Source: a virus (Duplodnaviria > Caudoviricetes). Taken from it: a stretch of 64,000 bases of DNA. Each line of letters opens with the position of its first letter. Position 1 is the stretch's first letter. Both the position numbers and the translations under genes were made by a program. The notes under the pieces were generated by a model that ran no database searches, was not told where the DNA came from, and saw nothing but the letters and a program-made list of their open reading frames with translations. Below are positions 16,542-26,239 of this stretch, one piece after another. Location: IMG/VR virus record IMGVR_UViG_2802429318_000001, positions 1-64,000 of that record, one strand, 5' to 3'.

Positions 16542-18413
16542 GTGACCAACGTCCGCCACATGCAGCGTGACGAACAGGCGGACCCGCACGGCTCCGAGCA
16601 GTACGACGCCGAGCGGTACGTCCTCGGCGGCTGCGTGCACTACCCCAAGCGGATCCCCGACATCCGCACCATCATCCAGCGCGGAGACTTCGCCCTCCCA
16701 GCCCACGAACTCATCTGGGACGTCCTCGGCCACCTCCACGACGAAGGCCAGCCCGTCGAGCCGCTCACCCTGCGCCTCGAACTCGAACGCCGCCAAGAGT
16801 TGCGCCGCGCGGGCGGCATCGCCTACGTCGCCTCCATCTCCGACCACGGCAACGACCCCGAGTACTACGCCCACGAAGTCCGCCGCGCTGCCGACCTCCG
16901 CGCCGAAGCCGACCTCGGCCGGCGCATCGTCCAGCAGGCCACCGCCCCCGACGCCGAACCCGGCACAGCGGTCACCTTCATCGACGAGTACCTGGCCCGG
17001 CAGAAGGAACGGGCCCTCGGCCGCTCCGGCGACCCCGCCGACGCGCTCCTCGCCGAGCTCCTGGACACCAGCGCCCTCGACGACATGCCGACCCTGGACC
17101 CACTGGTCGGCGACCTCCTCCATCTCGACACCCTCGCCCGGATCATCGGCCCGTCCGGGCACATGAAGAGCTTCGTCACCATCGACCTCGCCGCCCACGT
17201 CGGCACCGGCATGAAATGGCACGGCCAGTACGTCCGCCAGGGCACCGTCGTCTACCTCGTCGCCGAGGGCGCCCGCGGCATCCGCCAGCGCGTCCGAGCC
17301 TGGGAGAAGCACTACGGGACGCGCATGGACAACGTCCTCTTCCTGCCCCGGCCCGTCCAGGCCCGCGGCCCCGAGTGGGACGTCCTCATCGAGGCGATGC
17401 GCCGGCTGCGCCCGCAGCTCATCGTCATCGACACCCAGGCCCGCGTGTCCGTCGGCGTCGAGGAGAACTCCAACACCGAACTCGGCATCGTCATCGAGCG
17501 GATGGACGACCTGCGACGCGCGACCGAGGCGTGCGTGCTGCTGATCCACCACACCGGGCACGTCGGCGAACACGGCCGCGGCGCCTCCGCCGCCAAAGGC
17601 GCCCTGCAGTCGGAGATGCACGTCTCCAAGAAGGGCGACAACGCCTCCAACATCACGATCACGATGAAGGTCGGCAAGCAGAAGGACAACGAAGAGGGCG
17701 CCGACATCGAGTTCGGGCTGAAGGTCGTCACTCTCGACGGGGAGACGAAGCCCGACGGCCGGCCGGTCACCTCCGTGGTCCTGGAGTCGCTGGACTCCCG
17801 GCCGAGGTCGCTGACAGAGGGAACGCCGGAGTGGCTCGTTGCGGTCCTGGACCGGGCGAAGGTGCCCGTCGGGTGGGGGAGCCCCCGGGTCATCAAGTGG
17901 TGCGCCGAATACAAGATCCAGATCCGGAAGGACCGGATCGAGGAGGCCGTCCGGATCCGCAAGCGCCGCGGCTCCCTGGATGAGGCGCAAAACGGGACGG
18001 GGGATGTCATTCCGGGCGCCAATATCGGGGCAGGGGATGACGAATCGGTCATGGCCTCTGAAGTTGCGTCCGATTCGCCCCGAAATACCTCCCCCCAAAC
18101 CTCCCCCGCGATCTTGAACGGCCACCTCCCCCACGATCTTGGGGGGAGGCCGGGGGAGTTCGAGCAAAACCCCAGGTCAAACCTCCCCCCAAACCCCGGG
18201 GGAGGTCCGGGGGAGGCCCTTGCAGCACCTCCCTCCCCCCGCCCTCCCTCTAGGGAGGGGGGAGGTGCGGGGGAGACGAGTGAAAACACCACCCCCACCG
18301 GACCCCCATGCCGCATCTGCCACCACCCCATGAACCCCGACTGGGCAAGCCGCGGATACGACACCCACCTCGGCTGCGACCCCGACACCGGCAGCCACCC
18401 ACCCGCCGCCTGA
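16542..18413 (+). CDS. replication protein: DnaB-like N-terminal domain plus RecA-family (AAA_25) helicase
   Basis: AERYVLG...DF..PAHELIW (DnaB-N); Walker A GPSGHMKS; Walker B LIVIDT; LIHHTG; RGASA. Confidence 0.88.
   Translation: MTNVRHMQRDEQADPHGSEQYDAERYVLGGCVHYPKRIPDIRTIIQRGDFALPAHELIWDVLGHLHDEGQPVEPLTLRLELERRQELRRAGGIAYVASISDHGNDPEYYAHEVRRAADLRAEADLGRRIVQQATAPDAEPGTAVTFIDEYLARQKERALGRSGDPADALLAELLDTSALDDMPTLDPLVGDLLHLDTLARIIGPSGHMKSFVTIDLAAHVGTGMKWHGQYVRQGTVVYLVAEGARGIRQRVRAWEKHYGTRMDNVLFLPRPVQARGPEWDVLIEAMRRLRPQLIVIDTQARVSVGVEENSNTELGIVIERMDDLRRATEACVLLIHHTGHVGEHGRGASAAKGALQSEMHVSKKGDNASNITITMKVGKQKDNEEGADIEFGLKVVTLDGETKPDGRPVTSVVLESLDSRPRSLTEGTPEWLVAVLDRAKVPVGWGSPRVIKWCAEYKIQIRKDRIEEAVRIRKRRGSLDEAQNGTGDVIPGANIGAGDDESVMASEVASDSPRNTSPQTSPAILNGHLPHDLGGRPGEFEQNPRSNLPPNPGGGPGEALAAPPSPRPPSREGGGAGETSENTTPTGPPCRICHHPMNPDWASRGYDTHLGCDPDTGSHPPAA
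18085..18276. repeat. iteron-like CCTCCCCC/GGGGGAGG cluster, putative replication origin
   Basis: ACCTCCCCCCAAACC at 18087 and 18181; ACCTCCCCC(G/A)CGATCTT twice; inverted GGGGGAG copies. Confidence 0.65.
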
Positions 18414-18489
18414 CAGGCGCCCAGGGCGAGAACCCCAACGCCCCATACGACCAACCACCAACCCGTCACACACCCAGGAGGACCACCCC

Positions 18490-18837
18490 ATGACCACCCT
18501 CATCACCCCCGGCCGCGCCGCCGACATCCGCCGAGCAGCCCACCACCACGCCGCCGGAATGCTGATGGTCTCCCTCGGCGAGTGGGAGCCCCAGAAGTAC
18601 AACCCCGAGTCGGCGAGCAACGACGCCGAAGAGGAGCTGCTCCGCGAAGAGGTCGAGCGGATCGCGGGCGAACTCCGCACGCGCGCCCTCGTCGGCACGC
18701 ACGCCAACTGCGGCGCCTGCGACCGCCCCTACACGGTCAAGGGCGACGGCACCATCCGCCGCCACTTCGGACTCACCGCCGCCGGATTCTCCACCGGCAA
18801 CCCATGCCCCGGCGCCGACAAGCCGGCCGCCGCCTGA
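18490..18837 (+). CDS. hypothetical protein with C-terminal Zn ribbon
   Basis: AGGAGGA RBS; CGAC...RRH...CPG. Confidence 0.7.
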   Translation: MTTLITPGRAADIRRAAHHHAAGMLMVSLGEWEPQKYNPESASNDAEEELLREEVERIAGELRTRALVGTHANCGACDRPYTVKGDGTIRRHFGLTAAGFSTGNPCPGADKPAAA

Positions 18838-18881
18838 CCTCAGACCAACGCCCTCACCGCGCCAACAAGGAGCAGCACCCC

Positions 18882-20015
18882 ATGGCCACCACGAGCAAGA
18901 TCGAATGGACCGACGCGACCTGGAACATCGTCACCGGCTGCGAGAAAGTCTCGCCCGGCTGCGACAACTGCTACGCCGAGACCTTCACCGAACGCTTCCG
19001 CGGCACCGCCGGACACCACTTCGAGACCGGCTTCGACCTGACGCTGCGGCCCGAGCGCCTGGCGCTGCCGCTGAGGTGGCGCAAGCCGAAGCGCGTGTTC
19101 GTCAACTCGATGTCCGACCTGTTCCACAAGGACATCCCCGACGACTACCTCACCCGAGCGTTCGCCGTCATGTCGCTCACCCCGCAGCACACGTACCAGG
19201 TGCTGACCAAGCGCCACGGGCGGATGCGGTCCCTCCTCAGCAGCCGGGAGTTCGTCGCCCAGGTCGACACCCAGCGAGAGGACATTCAGCCCGGCTGCGG
19301 CGACTTCACCTGGCCCCTCCCGAACGTGTGGCTCGGAGTCAGCGTCGAAGACCAGAAGCGCGCCGACCTCCGCATCCCGGCGCTGCTGGAGACCCCGGCC
19401 GCCGTCCGGTTCCTGTCCTGCGAACCGCTCCTCGGCCCCATCGACCTGTGCGGCCCCATCGTCCCCGGGCGCGGCCGGCCGAAGCTGACGTACTGGCTCG
19501 ACGGGCGGCCCGGCTGGGGCCCCGACCAGACCGACGACCGAGGCCGCGTGTTCCAGGAGATGGCGGTTGGGCCGCGGATCGACTGGGTGATCGTCGGCGG
19601 CGAGTCCGGCCCGAAGGCGCGGGCGATGCACCCGGGATGGGCGCGCACGATCCGGGACCAGTGTGCGCACTCCGGGGTGCCGTTCTTCTTCAAGCAGTGG
19701 GGCGAGTGGGGACCCGCCCCTTTCCAGGTCCGCGTCTGCGACCCGGAGGTCGGCTGGCTCGGCACCGACGAGGAGCTGGTCGTCGCGAAGGCCGACAGCG
19801 AGGCCCGCGGCGCCACCCACGTTCACACCGGCAGCTGGTCCGACGAGGACGGCGAGCGCCGGTACTGGCTCCACGAGATCGGGCACAAGCCCTGGTCGCT
19901 GGAGCGATGCGGCCTCCCGAACGGGATGGCCGCGATCCGGCGCTGGGGCAAGGGGCGCGCCGGCCGCGAACTCGACGGCCAGGTCCACGACGCCTTCCCC
20001 ATCCCAGCCGCTTAA
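18882..20015 (+). CDS. DUF5131 (phage Gp37/Gp68) family, radical-SAM-like
   Basis: SKIEWTDATWN, GCEKVSPGCDNCYA, FVNSMSDLFH, WVIVGGESG and FFFKQWG motifs. Confidence 0.92.
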   Translation: MATTSKIEWTDATWNIVTGCEKVSPGCDNCYAETFTERFRGTAGHHFETGFDLTLRPERLALPLRWRKPKRVFVNSMSDLFHKDIPDDYLTRAFAVMSLTPQHTYQVLTKRHGRMRSLLSSREFVAQVDTQREDIQPGCGDFTWPLPNVWLGVSVEDQKRADLRIPALLETPAAVRFLSCEPLLGPIDLCGPIVPGRGRPKLTYWLDGRPGWGPDQTDDRGRVFQEMAVGPRIDWVIVGGESGPKARAMHPGWARTIRDQCAHSGVPFFFKQWGEWGPAPFQVRVCDPEVGWLGTDEELVVAKADSEARGATHVHTGSWSDEDGERRYWLHEIGHKPWSLERCGLPNGMAAIRRWGKGRAGRELDGQVHDAFPIPAA

Positions 20016-20060
20016 CCAGCCACCCGCCATCTAGCCCGCTGATCAGACAAGGACCCACCG

Positions 20061-21029
20061 ATGACCGACCAGCCCCCGTACTACCGCGACCAGCAGGTGA
20101 CCCTCCTCCTCGGCGACGCCCTCGACACCCTGCGCACCCTGCCCGATGGCGCGGTCGACTGCATTGTCACCAGCCCGCCCTACTTCGGGCTCCGCGACTA
20201 CGGCACGCCCGGCCAGTACGGGCTGGAGGCGACGCCCGCGGCCTACGTCGAGACGATGCGCGTCCTGTTCGCCGAGGCGCGCCGGGTGCTCGCCGACGAC
20301 GGGACGCTGTGGCTCAACCTCGGCGACAGCTACGCGTATCCGCCCGGCTCCACCCACAGGCAGGGCCAGACCGGGCAGCGGAAGGACTGCACCTTCACTG
20401 CCGAGACGATCCGTGGCACCACGGCGCTGCCCACCAAGAACCTGATCGGTATCCCGTGGCGCGCCGCGTTCGCCCTCCAGGACGACGGATGGATCCTGCG
20501 CAACGAGGTCATCTGGTACAAGCACAACGCCATGCCGGAGTCCGTCACGGACCGGCTGTCCTCACGGCACGAGCACCTGTTCCTGCTGACGAAGGCCTCG
20601 AGGTACAGCTTCGACCTCGACGCCATCCGCGAGCCCCACAGCATGCGACCGCAGCGCAGGCCTCGAGGTCACAAGGAGCGGCAGCGCCTCGGCGTGTTGC
20701 CGGCACAGACGCACTCCACCTCGCAGCGGGACGAGCCCGGAGTCGACGGGCACCCGCTCGGCCGAAACCCCGGAGACGTCTGGGACATCACCACGAAGCC
20801 GTACCCCGCAGCTCACTTCGCCGTGTTCCCCATCGAGCTTCCGCTCCGCTGCATCAAGGCCGGCTGCCGACCGGGCGGGACCGTCCTCGACCCGTTCTCC
20901 GGGTCCGGCACCACAGGCGCAGCAGCCCGGCAGCTCGGCCGCAAGTACATCGGCATCGACCTGAACCCGGACTACCACGACCTGGCCCGCGAGCGGTTCG
21001 CGCAGGGCGTGCTCGACCTGCCCGCATGA
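20061..21029 (+). CDS. amino DNA methyltransferase (N4-cytosine/N6-adenine, beta class)
   Basis: TSPPY catalytic motif precedes the [12 protein letters not shown]-binding motif. Confidence 0.92.
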   Translation: MTDQPPYYRDQQVTLLLGDALDTLRTLPDGAVDCIVTSPPYFGLRDYGTPGQYGLEATPAAYVETMRVLFAEARRVLADDGTLWLNLGDSYAYPPGSTHRQGQTGQRKDCTFTAETIRGTTALPTKNLIGIPWRAAFALQDDGWILRNEVIWYKHNAMPESVTDRLSSRHEHLFLLTKASRYSFDLDAIREPHSMRPQRRPRGHKERQRLGVLPAQTHSTSQRDEPGVDGHPLGRNPGDVWDITTKPYPAAHFAVFPIELPLRCIKAGCRPGGTVLDPFSGSGTTGAAARQLGRKYIGIDLNPDYHDLARERFAQGVLDLPA

Positions 21030-21033
21030 CCAC

Positions 21034-21069
21034 CAGCACGGCCGCCCCTGCTCGTAACAGGGGCGGCCG
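21034..21069 (+). repeat. CAGCAC-hairpin element, copy 1
   Basis: CGGCCGCCCCTG-CTCGTAA-CAGGGGCGGCCG. Confidence 0.7.
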
Positions 21070-21106
21070 CACCCAGCACGATCCCACACCGATCAAGGAG
21101 CAGCAC

Positions 21107-21430
21107 ATGCCCACCGTCGAACTCACCACTGCCACCGGCACCCTCACCGTCGAGGCCACCGAGCCCGTACCCGGCTTGCGTGTCTACGAGGTCCCTGCCG
21201 CACACGCCCCACTGCCGCAGTACCCGTGGGTCCTCGCTCACCACGAGGGCCGCACCCTCGGCCTGTTCACCACCGCCTACGACGCGAACGGTGCCGCAGC
21301 CGCGGTCGCGTCGATGGCCGACTGGACCCGCGGCGCGATGACAGCCGCGAACGAGATCTCGTTCGGCGGTCACGCCGAACGGTTCGGCCTGGCCCTCATC
21401 GCCCACGGCTGCGCCCCCACCTCCAAGTGA
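21107..21430 (+). CDS. hypothetical protein
   Basis: AAGGAG RBS, MPTVELTTATG... Confidence 0.7.
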   Translation: MPTVELTTATGTLTVEATEPVPGLRVYEVPAAHAPLPQYPWVLAHHEGRTLGLFTTAYDANGAAAAVASMADWTRGAMTAANEISFGGHAERFGLALIAHGCAPTSK

Positions 21431-21447
21431 CCTGGAAGGACACGACC

Positions 21448-22074
21448 ATGACCGACCGCCTGTACACCGACGAAGACCTCCGCGACGAAGCCGCCCGCCA
21501 GCACGCCATGTCCACAGACGACCCGGACTTCATGGGCATCGGGGAGCGCATGGACCGCGCGTTCATCGACTCCACCGTCACCGACCGCGAAGTTGTCAAC
21601 GGCACCACTTGGGGGATGCTCACCCCGCACGACTTCAACGCGGCGCAGCGCGGCATCAACCGCCTCCTCACCAGCGCAGCTGACGTGTCCGCCTGGGCCG
21701 TCAACCTCGGCGCCGACGGCCTCGAGCCCAGCACCGAGGACGACATCACCCTCACCGCTGGTGAGAAGCCGATCGCCCGCATCCACTTCGCGTTCGACCC
21801 CGAGATGCCCGAGGACGCGCGCGCCCACCTCGTCGAAGGCGTCGCCGACGCCATCAACGACGCTGGCGTCGAGCGGGAGGACGACGTCGACGAGCACGGC
21901 GACTCCGACGCCGACGTCTTCGATCTGATCTCCGAGATCGCCTCCAGCCTCCGCGACGCCACTGACAGCGGCGAGTACCACGCCGTCGGCCTGATCTACG
22001 ACCTCGCCAACGGCCGGACCACGGTCGCCGAGGCGCGCGCCGAGCTGGCAGACATCGAGTTCGGCCACGTGTGA
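21448..22074 (+). CDS. acidic hypothetical protein
   Basis: GAAGGA RBS, MTDRLYTDEDLRDEAARQH... Confidence 0.75.
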   Translation: MTDRLYTDEDLRDEAARQHAMSTDDPDFMGIGERMDRAFIDSTVTDREVVNGTTWGMLTPHDFNAAQRGINRLLTSAADVSAWAVNLGADGLEPSTEDDITLTAGEKPIARIHFAFDPEMPEDARAHLVEGVADAINDAGVEREDDVDEHGDSDADVFDLISEIASSLRDATDSGEYHAVGLIYDLANGRTTVAEARAELADIEFGHV

Positions 22075-22112
22075 CAGCACCGGCGCCCCGCAGTCGAAGT
22101 GCGGGGCGCCGG
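22075..22112 (+). repeat. CAGCAC-hairpin element, copy 2
   Basis: CCGGCGCCCCGCA-GTCGAAG-TGCGGGGCGCCGG. Confidence 0.7.
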
Positions 22113-22154
22113 CCCGCCCATCATCCACCACCCCGAGCACGAGGGAGCAGAACC

Positions 22155-22403
22155 GTGACCACCCGCCCGATCCGCACCAACCGAATGCTGTGCGGCCGGC
22201 AGCGCCGCTCCAAGAAGCGCACCCTGTACGCCGCCCAGGACGGCCGCTGTGCCACCTGCGCCACGGCCCTCGAACCGGCCGCCCTGATCCTCAAGAACAA
22301 GATCCACCGCAAGGCCGGGGGCACCAACACGCTCGCCAACCTCCACCTCATTTGCCACCACTGCAACACCCACGGCACCCGCAAGTCGGGGAGCGCCTCG
22401 TGA
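22155..22403 (+). CDS. small HNH-fold protein, catalytic His apparently lost
   Basis: RCATC...LKNKIHRKAGGTNTLANLHLICHHCN. Confidence 0.7.
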   Translation: MTTRPIRTNRMLCGRQRRSKKRTLYAAQDGRCATCATALEPAALILKNKIHRKAGGTNTLANLHLICHHCNTHGTRKSGSAS

Positions 22404-22738
22404 ACCGGCACCAGCAGATGTGCCCGCACTGCCGGGCCAAGGCCGCTGGCGCCGACACCGTGGACACGGTCGAGGCGCAGGAGCTTGAGCTCCCGGCGGA
22501 GCCGACCCCGATCCGCGTCCACAACGGGGACATGCCGCCGTTCGACTGCACCCTCCACCCCGACGGCACGTTGACCGCGGTCCTCGGCGGGGAGCAGCGC
22601 CGCAACGCCCTGACGTTCGCGGAGATGCGCGAACGGAACTGGGCCACCGCGCACTTCGAGATCAAGCCCGGCCCGCTGCCCGAGCTGGTGGAGGCCGCGG
22701 TCGTCGTGCAGGACGCGATTCCACTCCCCACGCCATGA
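22400..22738 (+). CDS. hypothetical protein
   Basis: GTGA overlap; CPHC. Confidence 0.65.
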   Translation: MNRHQQMCPHCRAKAAGADTVDTVEAQELELPAEPTPIRVHNGDMPPFDCTLHPDGTLTAVLGGEQRRNALTFAEMRERNWATAHFEIKPGPLPELVEAAVVVQDAIPLPTP

Positions 22739-22742
22739 ACCA

Positions 22743-22778
22743 CAGCACGGCCGCCGCTGTTCGAGTCAGCGGCGGCCG
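22743..22778 (+). repeat. CAGCAC-hairpin element, copy 3
   Basis: CGGCCGCCGCTG-TTCGAGT-CAGCGGCGGCCG. Confidence 0.7.
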
Positions 22779-22812
22779 GCACCCCACCCTCCCACGAACC
22801 ACGGAGCACTCG

Positions 22813-23139
22813 ATGCCTGACCGCTCGACCATCCGTATCACCGTCGACCTCCCCGCCGTCGACATCGACCCCACCGACGACGGAGGCCGCGACACCGACG
22901 GCGCGCCCAACGGCCTGCCCGACTGCCCCCACTGCCGCACCGAGTACGACGACCGCATGGCCCGCACCGCCGACGGCCTCGTCCACGAACGCTGCCTCAA
23001 GGCCTGGATCGGCCGCCGCGGCGAACGGAACGCCTGGAAGATCCTCGCCGCCGAGATCGCCCGGCATCCGTCCCGCCAGTCCGCGGCCACCGTGCGCGCC
23101 GTGATCCACGCGCTCCTCAACATGCAGCCCACCGCCTGA
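22813..23139 (+). CDS. hypothetical Zn-binding protein
   Basis: GGAG RBS; CPHC...HERC. Confidence 0.65.
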   Translation: MPDRSTIRITVDLPAVDIDPTDDGGRDTDGAPNGLPDCPHCRTEYDDRMARTADGLVHERCLKAWIGRRGERNAWKILAAEIARHPSRQSAATVRAVIHALLNMQPTA

Positions 23140-23197
23140 CCTGACCGCGCCCCGGGGCCGTCACGCCGACGGCCCCGGCCGACCCCCGGGAGCAGCA

Positions 23198-23689
23198 GTG
23201 TCCGGACCGCCCTGCGGCAACAACCCCCGCTACCAGCTCAGCCCCGGCGACCGCCAGGCCGTCGCCGAGTTCACGGCCTACCTCGCCGCCCGCAAACAGG
23301 AGCCCCGCATGACCGAGACCAACCCGGCCGCCGAAGCCGACCGCTGGAACGCCCGCTACCCCATCGGCACCCCCGTCACCGCCTACCCCGGCGTCCGGCC
23401 CGACGATGGCGACGGCGAACGTCTCGACACCAAGACGCGCAGCGAAGCCGAAGTCCTTGGCGGCCACACCGCGGTCGTCTGGGTCGACGGGCACGACGCC
23501 TGCATCGCCCTCACCCACGTCGACCCCGTCCAGTCGGCCGACACGTACACGCCGCCCGCGCCGTACCGGCGTTCCGACGGAGCGCTCTGCTGCGCGCACG
23601 CCACGCCAGTTGGTCCCGGTTCGTGTGAGCACTGCTGGGACCTCGTGAAGTGGGACGCACTGGTCACCGACCCGAACGCCACCGACTGA
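23198..23689 (+). CDS. hypothetical phage protein
   Basis: WNARYPIGTPVTAYPG...TRSEAEVLGGHTAVVWV module. Confidence 0.7.
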   Translation: MSGPPCGNNPRYQLSPGDRQAVAEFTAYLAARKQEPRMTETNPAAEADRWNARYPIGTPVTAYPGVRPDDGDGERLDTKTRSEAEVLGGHTAVVWVDGHDACIALTHVDPVQSADTYTPPAPYRRSDGALCCAHATPVGPGSCEHCWDLVKWDALVTDPNATD

Positions 23690-23748
23690 CCCATCGCCAC
23701 CGGGGCCGTCCACCGCGGCGGCCCCACCCGACCTCGACCGGAGTGACC

Positions 23749-24243
23749 ATGACCGACCCGTCCCTGTACCTGCCCCGCATCCAGCAGGCCTGGGCCAACG
23801 CCGACGACGCCGCCGACCGCTTCGCCGCGAACGGCATGCCGTCCGACCGGCTCCGCAACATCATCGAAGGCAAGCAGCGGCCCAACACCCTCGACATGGC
23901 GTTGATTGCCGAGGCCTGCCAGGTGAGCGTCGACTGGCTGCTGTACGGCACCGAACCGCGCCCGGCGCGTATCCCAGACCACACGGTCAACGAGGAGCAG
24001 CCGGCCGACGATGAGCCCGCTGCGGCCCCGCCTACCGATCTCCTGACCGCCGCGGCCGACGCGATCCGCTCCGCCGTCTGCACGGGCGACGGCTGCGAGG
24101 ACACAGAGGACGACTGCGCACGGAAGCGGGTCCAGCCCTGCGTGTGGGAGCACGGCGTCCTGACCGAAGTGCTCGGCACCCCGGAGGTGCTGGCCGCGGC
24201 CGCCCTGTCCGTGCTGCCCGCCGCCGACCCGGCCAGGACATGA
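23749..24243 (+). CDS. XRE-like HTH protein with C-terminal extension
   Basis: EGKQRPNTLDMALIAEACQVSVDWLLYG. Confidence 0.7.
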   Translation: MTDPSLYLPRIQQAWANADDAADRFAANGMPSDRLRNIIEGKQRPNTLDMALIAEACQVSVDWLLYGTEPRPARIPDHTVNEEQPADDEPAAAPPTDLLTAAADAIRSAVCTGDGCEDTEDDCARKRVQPCVWEHGVLTEVLGTPEVLAAAALSVLPAADPART

Positions 24244-24325
24244 CCGACCCGTACTTCCTCGCCGCGTTCGCCGCCGAAGACGCACACCGCGTCCTCGACC
24301 ACGTGGCCGCGAAAGGAGCAGCGAC

Positions 24326-24604
24326 ATGACCGCGGTCCTCCTCTTCGAAGCCATCGACACCGCGCTCGCCATCCTCAACGCCATCGTCGCCTGGATCGCC
24401 GTCCTGGCCTTCCTCGCCACCGTCGTGCTCTACACCCTGATCCTCACCGGCGCCTGGATCCGGCGAGGCGTCAGACGACGCCCGTCGTGGCGCCGCGGCC
24501 GACTCCGCGCCCGCCGCTACGCCCGAGCCACGCACAAGCGGCCCAGCAGACGCACGGCCACCTGGAGGCACGCCCAGCCGCGCAGCTACGAGGAGGCCGC
24601 ATGA
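24326..24604 (+). CDS. small membrane protein with Arg-rich tail
   Basis: AAGGAG RBS; TM helix. Confidence 0.65.
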   Translation: MTAVLLFEAIDTALAILNAIVAWIAVLAFLATVVLYTLILTGAWIRRGVRRRPSWRRGRLRARRYARATHKRPSRRTATWRHAQPRSYEEAA

Positions 24605-25038
24605 CCCAGTACCGAATCCTCGTCACCGGCAGCCGCGATTGGGACGACCGGCGCACCGTCTGGCAGGCCATCGCCTCCACCGTCATGGCCAGCGCGCCCA
24701 GCACCGCCACGATCGTCGTCGTCCACGGCGACTGCCCCGACGGCGCCGACGCACACGCCGCGGCCTGGGCCGCCGCCGCACAAGGAGACAACCGGCGCCC
24801 CGTCATCGAGGAGGGCCACCCCGCGGACTGGCGCCCCGGCGGGGTCTTCGACCGGGCGGCCGGCTTCCGACGCAACGCCGAGATGGTCAACGCCGGGGCC
24901 GACGCCTGCCTCGCGTTCCTCGCACCGTGCAGCAAGCCGAGCTGCACGGAGCTCAAGCCGCACCCGAGCCACGGCACGGCCCACTGCGCAGAGCTCGCCG
25001 AGCAGGCCGGGATCCCCACCCGCAGGTACACCGCATGA
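24601..25038 (+). CDS. SLOG superfamily protein (YspA/cpYpsA-related)
   Basis: ILVTGSRDW, VVHGDCPDGAD, PADW, AGFRRNAEMV and HGT motifs. Confidence 0.88.
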   Translation: MTQYRILVTGSRDWDDRRTVWQAIASTVMASAPSTATIVVVHGDCPDGADAHAAAWAAAAQGDNRRPVIEEGHPADWRPGGVFDRAAGFRRNAEMVNAGADACLAFLAPCSKPSCTELKPHPSHGTAHCAELAEQAGIPTRRYTA

Positions 25039-25268
25039 GCACCCACCAACTCGACGTCCCGGAACTCCACCTCCGCCTCGACATCAAGCGGCGAGCCGAT
25101 GGCCTCACCTGGCGCCAGGTCGCCGCTCAACTCGACCTGTCCGCCTCGACCCTGTCCCGCCTCGCCGACGGCCGCAGACCGGACGCCGATGCACTCGTGA
25201 CCCTGCTCGTCTGGCTCGACCTTGACGATGCAGCCTCCTTCGTGATCAAGCCCAAGGACCAGCCGTGA
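25035..25268 (+). CDS. XRE HTH protein
   Basis: GLTWRQVAAQLDLSASTLSRLADGRRPD. Confidence 0.82.
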   Translation: MSTHQLDVPELHLRLDIKRRADGLTWRQVAAQLDLSASTLSRLADGRRPDADALVTLLVWLDLDDAASFVIKPKDQP

Positions 25269-25513
25269 CCAATCTCCCCGCCCGCGCCCGCATGGTGGCC
25301 CACCTTCAGCAAGCCGGCCTCAGCACCGCCCGAGCCGAAGCCAACCTCGACGCCTACGCCCACGAGCTCGCCGAGCAGCAGCGCGAGCACCTCCGCCAGG
25401 ACGGCTACGAACCCGACTGCGTCTGCGAGGGGTGCAGTGCCTGCCTCGCCCGCGACTACATCGACCTCATCGACCCGAAAGTGCAGGACACCAGCCGTGA
25501 CCACAGCAGTTGA
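25265..25513 (+). CDS. hypothetical protein, paralogue of 37013-37255
   Basis: QAGLSTARAEANLDAYAHELAEQQR...IDLIDPKV. Confidence 0.7.
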   Translation: MTNLPARARMVAHLQQAGLSTARAEANLDAYAHELAEQQREHLRQDGYEPDCVCEGCSACLARDYIDLIDPKVQDTSRDHSS

Positions 25514-26087
25514 CTTCGACGGCGTCATCCACACCTACGACCGAGGCTGGGCCGACGGCACCATCTACGGCGACTGGAAACCCGACGCCCTCGCCGGACT
25601 CCTCACCCTGCTGGAACGCGACGCCGTATTCATCCACACCACCCGCAACCCCCACCAGGTCGCCCGCTGGATCGAGCGCACCTCCGGCCACAACATCGAC
25701 TGCACCACCCGCCTGCCCCGCACCTGGTACGGACGCCGCAAGCCCTTCTGGAACACGCGCGGCCTGCTGCTCGTCACCGACCGGAAACTGGCCGCCACGG
25801 TCTACATCGACGACCGGGCGCACCGGTTCGAGGACTGGGCATCGACGATGGTCGCCCTCGGCGAGCCGGCCGAGCACTGGCCCGCCGCCCGGCGCGGCCT
25901 GTGCGACGCCGAGTCCGTCGGAGGCGACAGGTGCGACCGGCCCACGGACCACCGGCAGCACTCCTTCGAGGCCAACGATCCGGTTCGTGCCGCGATCCGG
26001 AAAGCGCGCGGCGACGACTGGGCACCGCAGACGCCGATCAGGTTCGGGCCCTGCGGCGAGGACCCGGACGGAGACGAGCAGCCATGA
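25497..26087 (+). CDS. HAD-superfamily phosphatase/nucleotidase
   Basis: VDFDGVI (motif I), HTTR (II), K (III), YIDDRA (IV). Confidence 0.85.
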   Translation: MTTAVDFDGVIHTYDRGWADGTIYGDWKPDALAGLLTLLERDAVFIHTTRNPHQVARWIERTSGHNIDCTTRLPRTWYGRRKPFWNTRGLLLVTDRKLAATVYIDDRAHRFEDWASTMVALGEPAEHWPAARRGLCDAESVGGDRCDRPTDHRQHSFEANDPVRAAIRKARGDDWAPQTPIRFGPCGEDPDGDEQP

Positions 26088-26239
26088 CTGCTGCTCCGCC
26101 CGGCGACCGCGACCCCAACTGGCGCGATGCCCCGGCCGCGCTCGAAGCCCTCTGCGATCGCGGAGCCGAACTCCTCCACAGAGCCACCAGCCCCGACCGC
26201 GACACCACCACGCTCGAACCGCCCGAGGAGTACCTGTGA
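26084..26239 (+). CDS. small hypothetical protein
   Basis: ATGA and GTGA coupling at both ends. Confidence 0.5.
   Translation: MTAAPPGDRDPNWRDAPAALEALCDRGAELLHRATSPDRDTTTLEPPEEYL

Noticed and set aside
11488-21029. Restriction-modification system
   Set aside because: Both methyltransferases lack a recognisable adjacent restriction endonuclease.
18905-21430. 841-aa + strand ORF
   Set aside because: Off-frame read-through of the DUF5131 and MTase genes; only the last 107 aa (from 21107) has an RBS and looks real.
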